DNA from: Chiloscyllium plagiosum
Taxonomy: Eukaryota
NCBI RefSeq assembly: GCF_004010195.1
Contig: NC_057718.1
Coordinates: forward strand, 84,257,586-84,321,585
Direction of reading: 5' to 3'
Length of the DNA: 64,000 nt
Part shown: piece by piece, positions 27,585-39,540 of the stretch
Numbering within the stretch: position 1 is the stretch's first letter
How the letters are laid out: the number at the start of each line of letters is the position of its first letter
The notes under the pieces: model-generated
Databases searched by the model: none
The model's input: only the letters and a program-made list of their open reading frames with translations
What the model was told of the DNA's origin: nothing
Position numbers and translations under genes: made by a program

Positions 27585-28690
27585 CATTCCTGAGATGAGG
27601 CCTCCGGCTAGCCAGCATTTATTGTCTATTGTTAGTTTTATTTGAGAAGGTGGTGCCAAGTTGCCATCTTCAACTACTGCAATTTTTGTTGTTAAGATAC
27701 AGCCCCAGTGCTTCTAGGAAAGGAGGTCAAGGATTTTGTTCCGGTGTCAGTGAAGGAACAGTAATATCCCCTCCAAGTCGGGCATTTGGCCTCCCGTGCA
27801 TCAGCTGTCTTGTCCTGCTAAATGGTAGAGGTTATCATTTTGGAAGATGCTGTGAAAGGAGCCTTGATGAATTGCTATAGTCATTTAGTAAGTGGTGTAC
27901 ACAGCTAATGCTGCAGGAATAGATATTAAAAGGGGTGAGATGGCTGCCAGCCAAATGGGCTGCTTTGTACTATATTTGAATGTTGTTGGTGGTGCATTTA
28001 TCGAGGCAAATGGAGAGTATTCCATCACAATCCTTTTTTTTAATTAGGAGAAAGTGAGGACTGCAGATCCTGGAGATCAGTGTCTAGTGTGGTGCTGGAA
28101 AAGCACAGCAGGTCAGGCAGCATCCGAGGAGCAGGAGAATTGAAGTTTCGGGCATAAGTACTTTATCAGGAATTTCGAGGCAAATGGAGAGTATTCCATC
28201 ACAATCCTTTTTTTTTAATTAGGAGAAAGTGAGGACTGCAGATCCTGGAGATCAGAGTCTAGAGTGTGGTGCTGGAAAAGCACAGCAGGTCAGGCAGCAT
28301 CCGAGGAGCAGGAGAATTGAAGTTTCGGGCATAAGTACTTTATCAGGAATTTCCTGATTAAGGGCTTGTGCCCAAAATGTCGATTCTTCTGCTCCTCAGC
28401 TGCTGCCTGACCTGCTGTGCTTTTCTAGCACCACACTCTCGACTCCATTTTTTTTTAATGCCTTATGGATGGTGGTGAGGCATTGGGACTTAACTTGCTA
28501 CACAATCAATGAAGAATTACTTGCTGCAGAAGTCCCATTACTTGATTTGCTCTTGTATCAACGATATTCATATAGCTGGTCCTGTTCAGTATATTGTTAA
28601 TGGTAACTCCCACGATGTTGGTAGTGGGGATTCATTAATGGGTGGTCATTCCATTAAACCTCAAGTGGTAATGGTTAGATGGGATTGACA
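27585..28690 (-). mobile_element. L2-like LINE 3' remnant interrupted by a PLE insert
   Basis: gccagcatttattg...ttgagaaggtggtg is the reverse complement of an L2-type tail also seen on the SINE at 39040-39090. Similar decayed sequence resumes after 28460. Confidence 0.45.
28001..28445. repeat. About 174-bp tandem duplication (28001-28174 and 28175-28351) plus an inverted PLE terminal arm (28352-28445)
   Basis: Two nearly identical units start tcgaggcaaatggagagtattccatcacaatcc. The second is followed by the reverse complement of its PLE part. Confidence 0.9.
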
Positions 28691-28953
28691 GATGTCTTTA
28701 ATTATTCTCTTTCCACATTGTGAATTTTGTATTTTTGATTTTAAATGTATAATCTATCTTAAAGAATTAATATGCTTTTAATATCCTACAAATAGTGAGT
28801 TGTATGCAAGCTGATGTTGGGAAAAGTATTTGTGGCAGAAATTTGTATATCATGAGGCGGGTTGTCAGAATGAAGAAAATGCAACCTACTGGTTCTCTGT
28901 ATTACTTTTGAAGTTGCATACTAATGTGGCCTTTGAGACCTTTCCTGATGTGT

Positions 28954-29150
28954 AGGAGAAAGTGAGGACTGCAGATGCTGGAGATCAGAGCTGAAAAATG
29001 TGATGCTGGAAAAGCGCAGCAGGTCAGGCAGCATCCAAGGAGCAGGAGAATCGACGTTTCGGGCATAAGCCCTTCTTCAGGAAACGTCGATTCTCCTGCT
29101 CCTTGGATGCTGCCTGATCTGCTGCGCTTTTCCAGCAACACATTTTTCAG
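28954..29150. mobile_element. PLE-derived inverted-repeat insertion with target-site duplication
   Basis: 72-bp arms at 28989-29060 and 29081-29152 with 2 differences. Flanks ctttcctgatgtgt (28940-28953) and ctttcctaatgtgt (29151-29164). Confidence 0.85.
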
Positions 29151-31395
29151 CTTTCCTAATGTGTGTCAATTTCAGCTATTTACTCTTTCCAAATTGCTGT
29201 TAGCTCTGGTTCTCCCCATTTTTTGATATCCTCTTTTTCAATCTCTGGTTGCTGGCTCAGGATTACAGTGATGCATGTCCAGTCTGTTCATCCCCGCACC
29301 ACCATGACAGACAAATGTGTTTGTGTCCATTCGGGCATACAAAACACTCAGTGTAACATTTGGGATGAGACCTTGTTTGACAACATTATCTTAATAGGTC
29401 TATCATCTATATGAAAAAGTGTTGAGGGTTGTCCCTGTCCTTCTAAATGAGTTAACATAGGTGTGTGTGTGTGTGGATGACAGTCTCAGCAGAGAAAAAA
29501 ATTAGGAAATTACAAAACAGGTAAATAAACTGAGTACAGAAATGGGTCTTGGGTATTGAATTTTGTTCTGGGGCCAACTTATTAAGAATAGCAATATATA
29601 GACTTATAGCCTAACCGCATGGTTGATTTGTTAAAATAACCAATTGTATTAGTTTTGTATTTGCAACAACAAACACATCTTTGAATTTCTCTCAGTTAAT
29701 CAAAATTCAGATGATACTTTTGAAGCAACTTGTTTAGTGAATGAATGTATAGAGTACTGAATTATCGTTAATTATGTGTAGTTAGTTCATTTAGTACTTG
29801 TGATTGAGTTGTATGATTTTTGCCATATTTTAGTCAGTCCTTTTGATATATTTTGTTCAAACTTGTATATATGTGGATGTATTTCAATGTTTTTCCCCTT
29901 ACTACAGAAGATGGTGACCATACTACTACTAAGTACAATAAATTCCATAATGTAGACATTGTCCACCAGTGTTAGTTACTTAAAAACTTGCAGGTTTAAT
30001 GCTCAGTGTTCCCTTTGCATTTGCTGAGCAGCCCTTTCTGTATATTTTAATTTTTTTTCAGTAATGGTTAAGAGAGGAATGTTGATAAATTATCAGAATA
30101 GTTCTTTAGTTGTGCCATGTATCTTTGTACTTAATTGTACGTAGATTGCCCAATTACTGAAATGTGTTTTGTTTACCTAATTGGCATATCCAGTTTTCTT
30201 AGGTTCTGTTACAAAATGTCCAAATAACTATGTACTCAAAATCAGTAGAGTTTGAACTCAAAACTTGACTGAGAGGTGAATGCTGACAACTTAGCCACAT
30301 TGACAGTTTCTGATCAAAGTATGTTAAATGATTAACATGTACAAGTTACAACCCATGAATCATTTCTATTACCAACCACATAGCCATATTTATCACTGGC
30401 CTGCTGGTGTTAACTATCGACCTACATTATTGCTCAGGTTTTTTTAAATTACTTTCCTTCACGTTCATAATTCTTTTACCCTGTGTCTTTGGTTCACTTG
30501 TAGTCTCTTGTATTTGGATTATTAGCTCTTCATATGTGCAAGCGAAAGAAATACTTGTCTTAAAGTCTATGCTCTTTTCTATTTTTATTTTCAACTTTTA
30601 TTTCTAGCCCTTACTAATCAATCTTCATCAATTCCACTACAGTCTGCAGTCAGTTCGTCATGCAGTTTTTTCTTTTCCATTCCACATTGAGTCAGTGGCA
30701 TAAAAACAGTATGCTGACAATGCAGGAGAGATAAGGCAACATTTGTGGAAAGAGAAATAATTAATGTTTCAGATTAATCATGGATCTTTAAAACATTGTT
30801 TCGTTGTGCACAGACATAACCATACTTTGGATATTTCCTGCATTTTTCACTTTTATTCAAGATTTCCAGCAATCACAATATTTTACTGTGACTAAAATTC
30901 TGGTTCCAAATGAGTCTGCTGCCAAACATTCCCATCGTATCTGCACTTCTCAAGCAGTTTTCCCTACTGTCATAAATTTGTTGATCTTGAACATAGGTAT
31001 TTTGCCATGATGTTGCACTTCACGTGCCTCCATAACAAATAATTTTTGCATTCATTAACAGAGAACCTTCTTTAAAAAATGTGTAGAGATTTTTCACTTC
31101 ATGTTAAGTCGGAGTACTGTGGAATAGAATCCTTTATTGCCTTTTAAATAGATGTCTTTGTATGCTAAACATTTCTGTTCTTAGATAAGAGATTCATTTT
31201 TATCACTTGAGATTTTCTCCCTTTCCTGTTTCTCTTAGTACAATAAAACAGTGCAGTAAGGTTTATGTTTTTTAAGTATGTACCTAAAGTGCACAGTCCA
31301 ATAGTTATCAGATAGTTAAGTGTTGTATATTTAAAGTAGTTTTTATTTAGTGTTTTGTTTCGTAGACTAATGATGTCTGATGTGCATCTCAACAG

Positions 31396-31576
31396 AAACC
31401 AAGGTCTATGTAGGTAACTTGGGAACAGGTGCCGGTAAAGGGGAACTAGAGCGTGCATTCAGCTACTACGGACCACTGAGGACAGTCTGGATAGCACGGA
31501 ATCCCCCTGGTTTTGCTTTTGTGGAGTTTGAGGAGCCTCGAGATGCTGAAGATGCTGTTCGTGGTTTGGATGGCAA
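31396..31576 (+). CDS. SRSF7: SRSF7 exon 2 (RRM)
   Basis: caacAG|AAACCAAG...GATGGCAA|gtaagt. 181 nt encoding [59 protein letters not shown]. Confidence 0.97.
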
Positions 31577-34500
31577 GTAAGTAAACTTTAAAGGGGATCT
31601 ATACCCCCTTGGTAAAGTCACTGCTTTCATTATTAATTGCTGATCTTTCAAATTACTTAATATGAATGTTTTCAGCTGTTTTTTAAAAATCTGCTCAGAG
31701 CACAGTTGTTTGGTTGTGAAGGTACTAAAGGGCAGGTTTGTTTCCTTAAAAGTAGTGATAGAAATAATAGTGAATGTGCAACCTTTCCTATAATATTAAT
31801 GTCAATATGCAGGAACTTTCAGTATTTAGGAACATAGTGGGCATTGTGTGCTCTGATCAGGAAAAAACAACATCTGAGGATCATTCACTGTACTTTAAAT
31901 GAGGGAATGAATAATGAAAGGACTGACTTTATCATTTGGATTTAGCTCCCCTTTAAATATGGGCAGTTGTCAGTGAGTGACAAATGTATAAAATTGTTGT
32001 ATATATGTGTGTGTGACTGTTGTGCTTGGTATCCATACATTTTTTTTATTTATTACAATAAATACAATAGTGTATGGATAAAAAAACTATGACAGCTGCC
32101 ATTACTGTAACCAAACCTGTATGAAACACTCGTGTGGTCTGACACCTGTGGAAATGATCAATTGTTTCCACAGTTGTCATGTCATTCACCAGCATACCAG
32201 TGCTATTTTCCCATCAGAGAGCCTGTCCAGTAACTGAATCTGTGTATGATTGTTTTTCAGTTTTTTTTAAGGTATTACCTGCCAGTCAAATTCTAACCAG
32301 TTAAGAGCCTTGTTTGACTGATTTTACTGCTTAGCTTATTCTACCAGTTTCTCCTTGTGTACTAAGCATTCAGTGGTTAGAAGGAATGGAGATACTTGCT
32401 CCTAAATGTCTGTAAATACTGCATTGTAATCTTCCCATTTTGCAGGAAGTACCTAAATCCAGTATAAGCAGTCTAGAGTATAAATCTGTGTTGTTGATTA
32501 AAGGGTTCCAGACTTCTTTTGCCAATGCCTCCCCTTTCAGAAATTTGTATGGGCTCAACCTTTTGAGCAACAGTTGGGGGAATAATTAATATGAAACCAG
32601 CAACATCAAACCATAATGGTCTTTTGATTGTGTATGACTTCAATTGAAGTTAACAAAATAAAGAAGAACATGAAGTCAACTGGGGTGTTTGATATTGACT
32701 CTTTTTAGCATTATTGACAAACAAATACTTCCCTACCCCTGTCTTTTTGCTTGGAGGATTTTGTTTTCTCAGCACAATTAATATTGATTCAGACAGCAAT
32801 ATAAATTGCACTGACCTTGCATTATACAACTAAATAAATCAAATGTAAAATAACCCTTGGTGATTTGCCTTATCTCAATTAGGATGAATTTATTGCAGTG
32901 GCATAATTTGAAAATTAATGCTTAATTTTGGAGAGTTTCAACCACAAATCAGTCTTTTAGGCTTCTATAATTGTTCAGCTATGTAAATACTGAAAAAAAA
33001 ATCTTAATTCTCACATACTTTGAAATAACACAAGCAAATAATAAATAGGCTAATAGGGGCATTGGATTTGAAGTGAGATCCGGCATTGATCAAAAAGCAA
33101 AACTTGAAAATTTTCTGAAAACAAAATGATCGACATGTCTTTTAAGATCTGATGCCATCAGAAATTTGCTACAGAATCCTGTTTTGATTCCAGACAAAAT
33201 ACTTCAGAATTATATCTTTAACTGAGGTCTGACATTTCTCAGTCCATAATAGCAGAAGGCAATATTAGGAATATGGCTCATAGGCAGCTTTGAAAAGACT
33301 GATCCCAGCATATCATGTTGTTTCAGTAGTACCTGATCAACTTTAATTAGTCCAACTTTTATATCTAGAAATCAGCATGAATTCAAACATCTTGTGATGT
33401 GATTGCCTTATGCCATGTTACATGTTTTACACTCTTCCTTTGAATTTCAACTTAAATCTGCTCAATTTCTTAACAGTTTAAAGTAATTTATATTTTCTGA
33501 AGTGCCTCCTGTCTGCGAGGTTGTATTGGTGGCTCACCCTTCAGCCAGCCTGTGGTCATTGCTCCCATCCCCTGGCATCTTTGTCTGCCTAGGGAACTGC
33601 TGCTGCTAATAGCTTGACTGTCATATCCTTTTAATTTCAGGCTGCCTATACTTGAAGATACATTTACCCATTTGTTCGTCTGAACGAACCTTGGATTCCC
33701 CTTGCCAGTTTCATTGCCGGGATCTGTCCCTATGCTTGTGCTAATGCTCCCTTCTGAATATTTTTGAGATAGTTTAAAAGTGATTCCTTTTGGATTTTTG
33801 TTTCGTATGGAAAAGCGCTTTTGGCTTCACTTGTCCCAATCCCTTTATTGTATGCCAGAGATTTAGAACCTGTGTTCGAACTAGAAGTTTGAACATAATT
33901 TGGGCTTTAGTGAAGCACTTTGGCACACTGTCCAATTCTTCTATCCTTTTCAATTTTTAATGGGTTCTGTTGTGGATTTGAGGACTTCCTTTATTGCTCA
34001 CTGAAATACATTTGAACTATGGCTAAGATATTGTAAGTTTAATGTTGCATCATAGTTTGGTTGATTTTTGAAATATCATCCAGTTGTTTGTTGCAAGAAG
34101 AGTTTCGTATGGCCAACTAAAGTATGTAAGAGTGCTCTCAGCAATTTCAGCAATTCTGATTTACACCTAAATGTATTTATACATTTATTTAAAAATGACC
34201 ACATGAGTATTATATGCTGTGGAGGGAAGTGAAATACAGTTTTTGATTTGCACTTTGGGAGAGATTAATTTTCCTGCGACTTTGTCGCTCATGAATTGTT
34301 AACTTTGACAGTGGGCAAATTGTATTTCTTGCTCTTTATCCAGTATCTTTGGTCAGCTGACATTAATAGGCTATTTAAAATTTCTCTAAATAATAGTTCT
34401 GATCTGTGGTTCCAGATATTCCACAGGAGCAGAGATACAAATAACTGCCTCAACTCCAGTTTCAAAATAAAACTTTGATATGAGCATACAAGGCTTTGGC

Positions 34501-35699
34501 TTGACTTTTTGTCTCCTTTTTGCCTTTTCCCTTCACAGAAAAGTAAAGATAACCCGTTTTTACTAAAATGTGGTAAATGCCATAAAAATCATTTTACTTA
34601 AAGTAAAAATAATAATGAATTTGTTTAGATGCACAAGTGTTGGCATCCGTCCCAGTTAAACTTTTGTAATGGTAATCTCATTTCCTTTTATCAAAATGAA
34701 TTCTCCTGTCTTCTGTCACAGCTTTATTGGTGTCTAATTTTTTTATCTGACTTCTTTCATGATTCTCACTTTCCTTTCATACTCCAAACTTCAAATTAAG
34801 TCAGACACCTGAGTCAATGGATAATACATTGCCACACTGGACCTTCTGTTTAAAAAGTAGAGGCACAGAGTATCTTTTTAAGACACCATGTTTTGCTAAC
34901 TTGTGAACTGAAGTTTGACTTTTTTTGCTGTAAACGTAACTGCTCAAAGTGTTAAGATTTAATTTTCATTTAAGTGGATGGAGTTACTGTGCGACTCTCT
35001 GCTCAGTTAAATGGTGCGGTGCTTTTAACCTTACAAATACTGTTGATTTGCTTCTGTTTTGCTTTAATTTTGTGTGTTTTTGATCTGTCTCAGCTGTGAT
35101 ACTGTTTTTTTCCAGTCTAGTTTCAAGAAAGGTAGGTACTGTTTGTCGTCTCCTCTTCCCCTGCCATGTACTTTTCCTCCTTACCCTCCCCATTCAAATT
35201 GTTTTTGATTTTGATTGGTTTGGATTTTATCCTTTAGGATGTCGGGAGACCTTTTTTTAGATTTTGGTCAGATCTTCAACTGCCTTTCCTGCTATTCTTC
35301 CCATATCAGACAGGTTTGCTTATGCAAATGTTGCCAAGCGACTTTTAATGTGACAAGCTTCATCGTAAGTTTATATTTCCATATTTGGCCTTTCATGCAT
35401 TGGTGATCTAGTGTTCACCTCCCTCTTGTAGGAGAAAACTTGTACAGGGGTAAAAAGGAATCTGAATAATCTGATTTATTGATATGTTATAATAGGTGTT
35501 GAAACTATAGAAATTGCAGAGGTCCAAACAATTTGCATTTAACTGTATGCATCATAAGGTGAGGGACAGGTTATGCTGTTGAAGCCTTCAAGTGCCAGCC
35601 ATTTCATAGAGATAGTATTGTTTTAGTTACATCTTTTAACTGATGCTTTATGAAGGATTGTCTTTGACTTTATGTAAACACTAATTTCTTTAACTTAAG

Positions 35700-35876
35700 G
35701 GTAATTTGCGGCTCACGTGTTCGAGTGGAATTATCAACAGGAATGCCACGCCGCTCACGCTTTGAGCGGCCACCAGCACGCCGACCCTTTGACCCAAATG
35801 ATCGGTGTTATGAATGTGGAGAAAAGGGTCATTATGCTTATGATTGTCATCGCTATAGCCGACGCAGAAGGAGCAG
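35700..35876 (+). CDS. SRSF7: SRSF7 exon 3 (end of RRM and CCHC zinc knuckle)
   Basis: ttaAG|GGTAATT...AGCAG|gtatga. 177 nt encoding [58 protein letters not shown]. The knuckle distinguishes SRSF7 from SRSF3. Confidence 0.97.
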
Positions 35877-36098
35877 GTATGAGTTGCCAATCTCTATGAC
35901 TTCTAGTATTGCTTTAAAAATTTAAATTTAAGTATATTTAAGCAACTTTATTTTAAACTGAATAAAGAAATGCAATATTTATCATTTTTGCTTTATAATT
36001 AAGTGATAATCAGGCCTTGTGGCAATTTTTGCTTGACTTTTTGAGTTTCACTGTGAATGTTTTGAATATTAATGATCCACCTGGTCCAAACCTTTCAG

Positions 36099-36557
36099 GT
36101 TTCTTCGTTTGAGTCAGTCACCGCGATTCAGAATGTCGTGAGCCTCATGATATCAGGCTAAGGCATCTAGCAAATCCAACAGTTTTGATGCGCCTAGAGC
36201 ATACGGTGATTGGCATGAGGCCAGATCCCCTCGAGAACCTGCTACAACTAGCTTCACCTTAAGATTCTTTTGAGGGCAGAAAATGTTTGAGAATGAGACA
36301 AGGTGATCGCCGTTATGCTGTAAATTGGCTTTCAATTGGGCCCCTTTCTAGAGGAACGCCAGATTGACCGCATTCCCTCGTAGACAAACCATCCTGCGTC
36401 AATCAAGCCTCACTTTGGCTCATTTGGCTGTCAGTTTGATCGTCGTTAGATTGAAGAACATCTAGATGCTGCGATGGTCTGATAGATACTTCTAGATCGC
36501 CTAGATCTGCTAGACCTTGGTCCAAAGAGAGGGTCGACTGACCTGCAAACTTGCAAG
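36099..36557 (+). other. SRSF7: SRSF7 poison cassette exon (premature stop, NMD-linked autoregulation)
   Basis: cctttcAG|GTTTCTTCGTTTGAGTCAG...CTTGCAAG|gtttac, 459 nt. In frame it adds FLRLSQSPRFRMS then TGA at 36139-36141. Closely resembles the recalled mammalian conserved intron-3 exon. Confidence 0.88.
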
Positions 36558-36797
36558 GTTTACTTTACGTACCACTTACAAAGTGTTTTTACAATGCACA
36601 GAATACTAAAAACTATGTAAAACTTTTAACTGAATCTACGTTATGTAGATTTAATCTAAAAAATAGGGCCCCACGTTGTCTTCAAACTGACAAATGCATA
36701 CTATATTGTAGCAATCTTGTTTTGACTCCAGCAGAGGTATTCCAAGATTTTAAATCTGAATTGTTAAATTTAATACTGCATTCTTCTGTTAAACCAG

Positions 36798-36872
36798 GTC
36801 TAGGACTAGATCACGTTCACGCTCACGGGGAAGAAGGTATACCCGTTCACACAGCCGTAGTCGTGGCAGAAG
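36798..36872 (+). CDS. SRSF7: SRSF7 exon 4 (RS domain)
   Basis: aaccAG|GTCTAGG...GGCAGAAG|gtatat. 75 nt encoding SRTRSRSRSRGRRYTRSHSRSRGR. Confidence 0.93.
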
Positions 36873-36960
36873 GTATATCTTTGATTATCAGGTTAAGATT
36901 TGAGAAATGAAGCCTTCAGTTTCTACATATCCATTTTAAAATGACCTATTTTTAAATTAG

Positions 36961-37038
36961 GTCCAGGTCTTTTTCTCCTCGGAGGTCCAGGTCTTTCTCT
37001 CCAAGAAGGTCTCGGTCATTCTCTCCTAAAAGGTCCAG
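36961..37038 (+). CDS. SRSF7: SRSF7 exon 5 (RS domain)
   Basis: aattAG|GTCCAGG...GGTCCAG|gtgagt. 78 nt encoding SRSFSPRRSRSFSPRRSRSFSPKRS. Confidence 0.93.
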
Positions 37039-37599
37039 GTGAGTGAACATTTTTCATTTTCTTCCTTTTTCCAGTTTTTGAAATATATGATACTACAAAT
37101 TGTGTTTTTTATTCCCCATAGGTGCAATCACTGGGATTTAAGCATATGTACTTTGTTGCCTGATAATTGTTTGAGAAATTTGATTTGCAATGAAAGAACT
37201 TATTTGTTAGTGCGACACTGAGAAGTTGCCATTATAAGAAATATATTAAGTAATTTGGTGCTGCAAACTTTGAGTTTTATACAAATAATCTTTCTTTTAA
37301 TTTGCATGCATGTAGATGACAGTATTTTGGTCAATATAGTCATTTACTATCAATCTACCTTTACATTTGGGCAAATTGTAACCTATTTTTACTTAATCTT
37401 TTTGACTGTTGCCAGGCTACTTCCTTTCTTTGTGTCTAAGCTTCAGCTTATGACCACCTTTACTGTGGGCTTTTGACTATTGGGTTTTTCTTCAAGATGA
37501 AGCATGGCAATGCTGTTTGGATGTTATAGTTTCAATGTGCCAAATGGAAAGATACTGTTGAAATGGAACTATTTAATGTAATATTAGTATTTTTATTTG

Positions 37600-37903
37600 T
37601 TGTTCATGGGATGTCGATGTCACTGGGTCAGCCAGCACTTTTTTACCCAGAGGGCAGTTAAGTGGCAACCACATTACTGTTGGTCTCAAGTCATGTGATA
37701 AGGGCAGCGGAATTCCTTCCTGAAAGAATATTAATGAACCAATCAGCAATGGTTTCATGGTCTTCATTAGGAGTCCTAATTCCATGTTTTTATTGGATTT
37801 TAATTCCACCATCTGCGTGGCAGGATTCAAACCAGAGTCCCCAGACATTGATTAGGGTCTCTGGATTAACAGTCTGGTGATAATATTGTTAGGCTATTGC
37901 CTC
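37600..37903 (-). mobile_element. tRNA-derived SINE with L2-type tail
   Basis: Reverse-complement homologue of 38758-39090. Confidence 0.7.
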
Positions 37904-38757
37904 CCTTTTTAACTGGTTCTGTAAATGTTCTTTCTAGAAAGTTCTTGGTTTTCATTTGATAGTAACTCCGTGTAATGGTCGAAATTGAGTGTTAGTAATT
38001 GGTAATCTTAGCTGCAGACTTCATTCTGTCTTTCTCAGTTGCATCATTTTTAAGAATTTATTTTAAGTCTTCTGGCTTTATTATGGTTTTGTTGACTTGT
38101 GACACCTGATGTGAATCTTTCTCAGCTATTCTGGAGACTGCAATGAAGCAACACAGTTTACCCAGAACATTGAATGGTGCGCAAGTGCTACATCTGGGAA
38201 AACAAAAGCAAAATGTACTAATGCTGCCACTTTGCTATTGAGTTTGTATGAAAATGATGTTGACGTTGCCAGCAATGCTGACTTTTAATATTTTTGAAGG
38301 CATGTCTGTATGAAGCTTCACTTGTATTTTAGAGGGATGATATAAGGTAATTTGCATATATTATCTGCTAGTACAGCCCAAAATCTGTAGCTTTTTATCC
38401 CTACCATCTCGAGCAGAATTGGTGTTTGTAGACAGAAGCTGATTGTCATCTAATGCACGTGATTATGTAGGTGCTCATTTCTGCAAATCCCTTACTATAT
38501 TCTTGTAATGTGAAGTTGATGTAATCACAGCATGCAAATGCATTATTGCCCTTATCAGCTTCTGGGAATTGTAAGAGATTAGATGTGTACAAATTATCTG
38601 TCTACTAAACTTGCTTTATTGATAGCTTACAGAATTTTGAATGTGGCACCCTTTGTAACCAAGAAAATTGGTATTTACTGGGATTCTTGTCTGACCACAA
38701 ACATTATCCTATGATATTAAGTTTTCTTTGATGCATTATCCCTGCAAACACTTGGAG

Positions 38758-39090
38758 ACATTGGCGTCATGGTAGTGTCACTGGGCTAGTAATTCAAAAT
38801 CAAGGGACAAAATTCGAATCCCACCATAGGAGATGGTGAAATTTCTATTGAAATATTGGACAAAAAGCTTGTCTAGTGGCAAACATGTAATAACTGTTGA
38901 TTGTTATTTAAAGCCCATTGGGATCGCAACTGTCCTTTAGGAAAGGAAATATGCCATCCATACCTTGTCTGGCCTACTTGTGACTCCAGACCCACAGCAT
39001 TATGATTGACTCTTAACTACCCTCTGCGCAGTTGGAGGTAGGCAATAAATGCTGGCCTGGCTAGTAACCCCCTCGTTCCATGAAAAGGAT
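38758..39090 (+). mobile_element. tRNA-derived SINE with L2-type tail
   Basis: tggcgtcatggtagtgtcactgggctagtaatt...attcgaatcccacc (A/B-box-like) through to ggcaataaatgctggcctggc. Confidence 0.7.
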
Positions 39091-39540
39091 TTAAAATAGG
39101 AGCTATGTTATATGTTTCAACAGATTTTAGAATAGTTAGTGATTCAGTTTTCATAAAATCCTGAAAACGATTGGCTGTCCCCAGTAGAAATGAGTCAAAA
39201 ATTTCCTCTGCAGCAAACCTTTAAACTGTTGAAAATTGTCTTTTTTTATGCTTGCAAAATGATAACAATACGCGATTTATTTTTAAGCTTATTCTCAGCT
39301 AGGTTCTTTCCAGGAAAGATTGAGTTCTTTACAATGCAAACTAAATTGCAAAATTTCCTCACTGCTCAGAAATTATTGTAATGGCACTGCCTTGCTGGAG
39401 TTGACTTGACTTGAATTTCTTTATGGGTGACATGTAGATGCTTGAAGTGTTTTTTTTCCCAATGTGCCCTGTGAATATTTCCTAGTAGCCTACTTTTCCT
39501 ATATCACCAAAAGGGTCAATGCTTTTGTTTCTCTTCATAG

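Noticed and set aside
36551..36910. 119-aa ORF across intron 3b and exon 4
   Set aside because: It is out of frame with the RS exon and has no homology signal.
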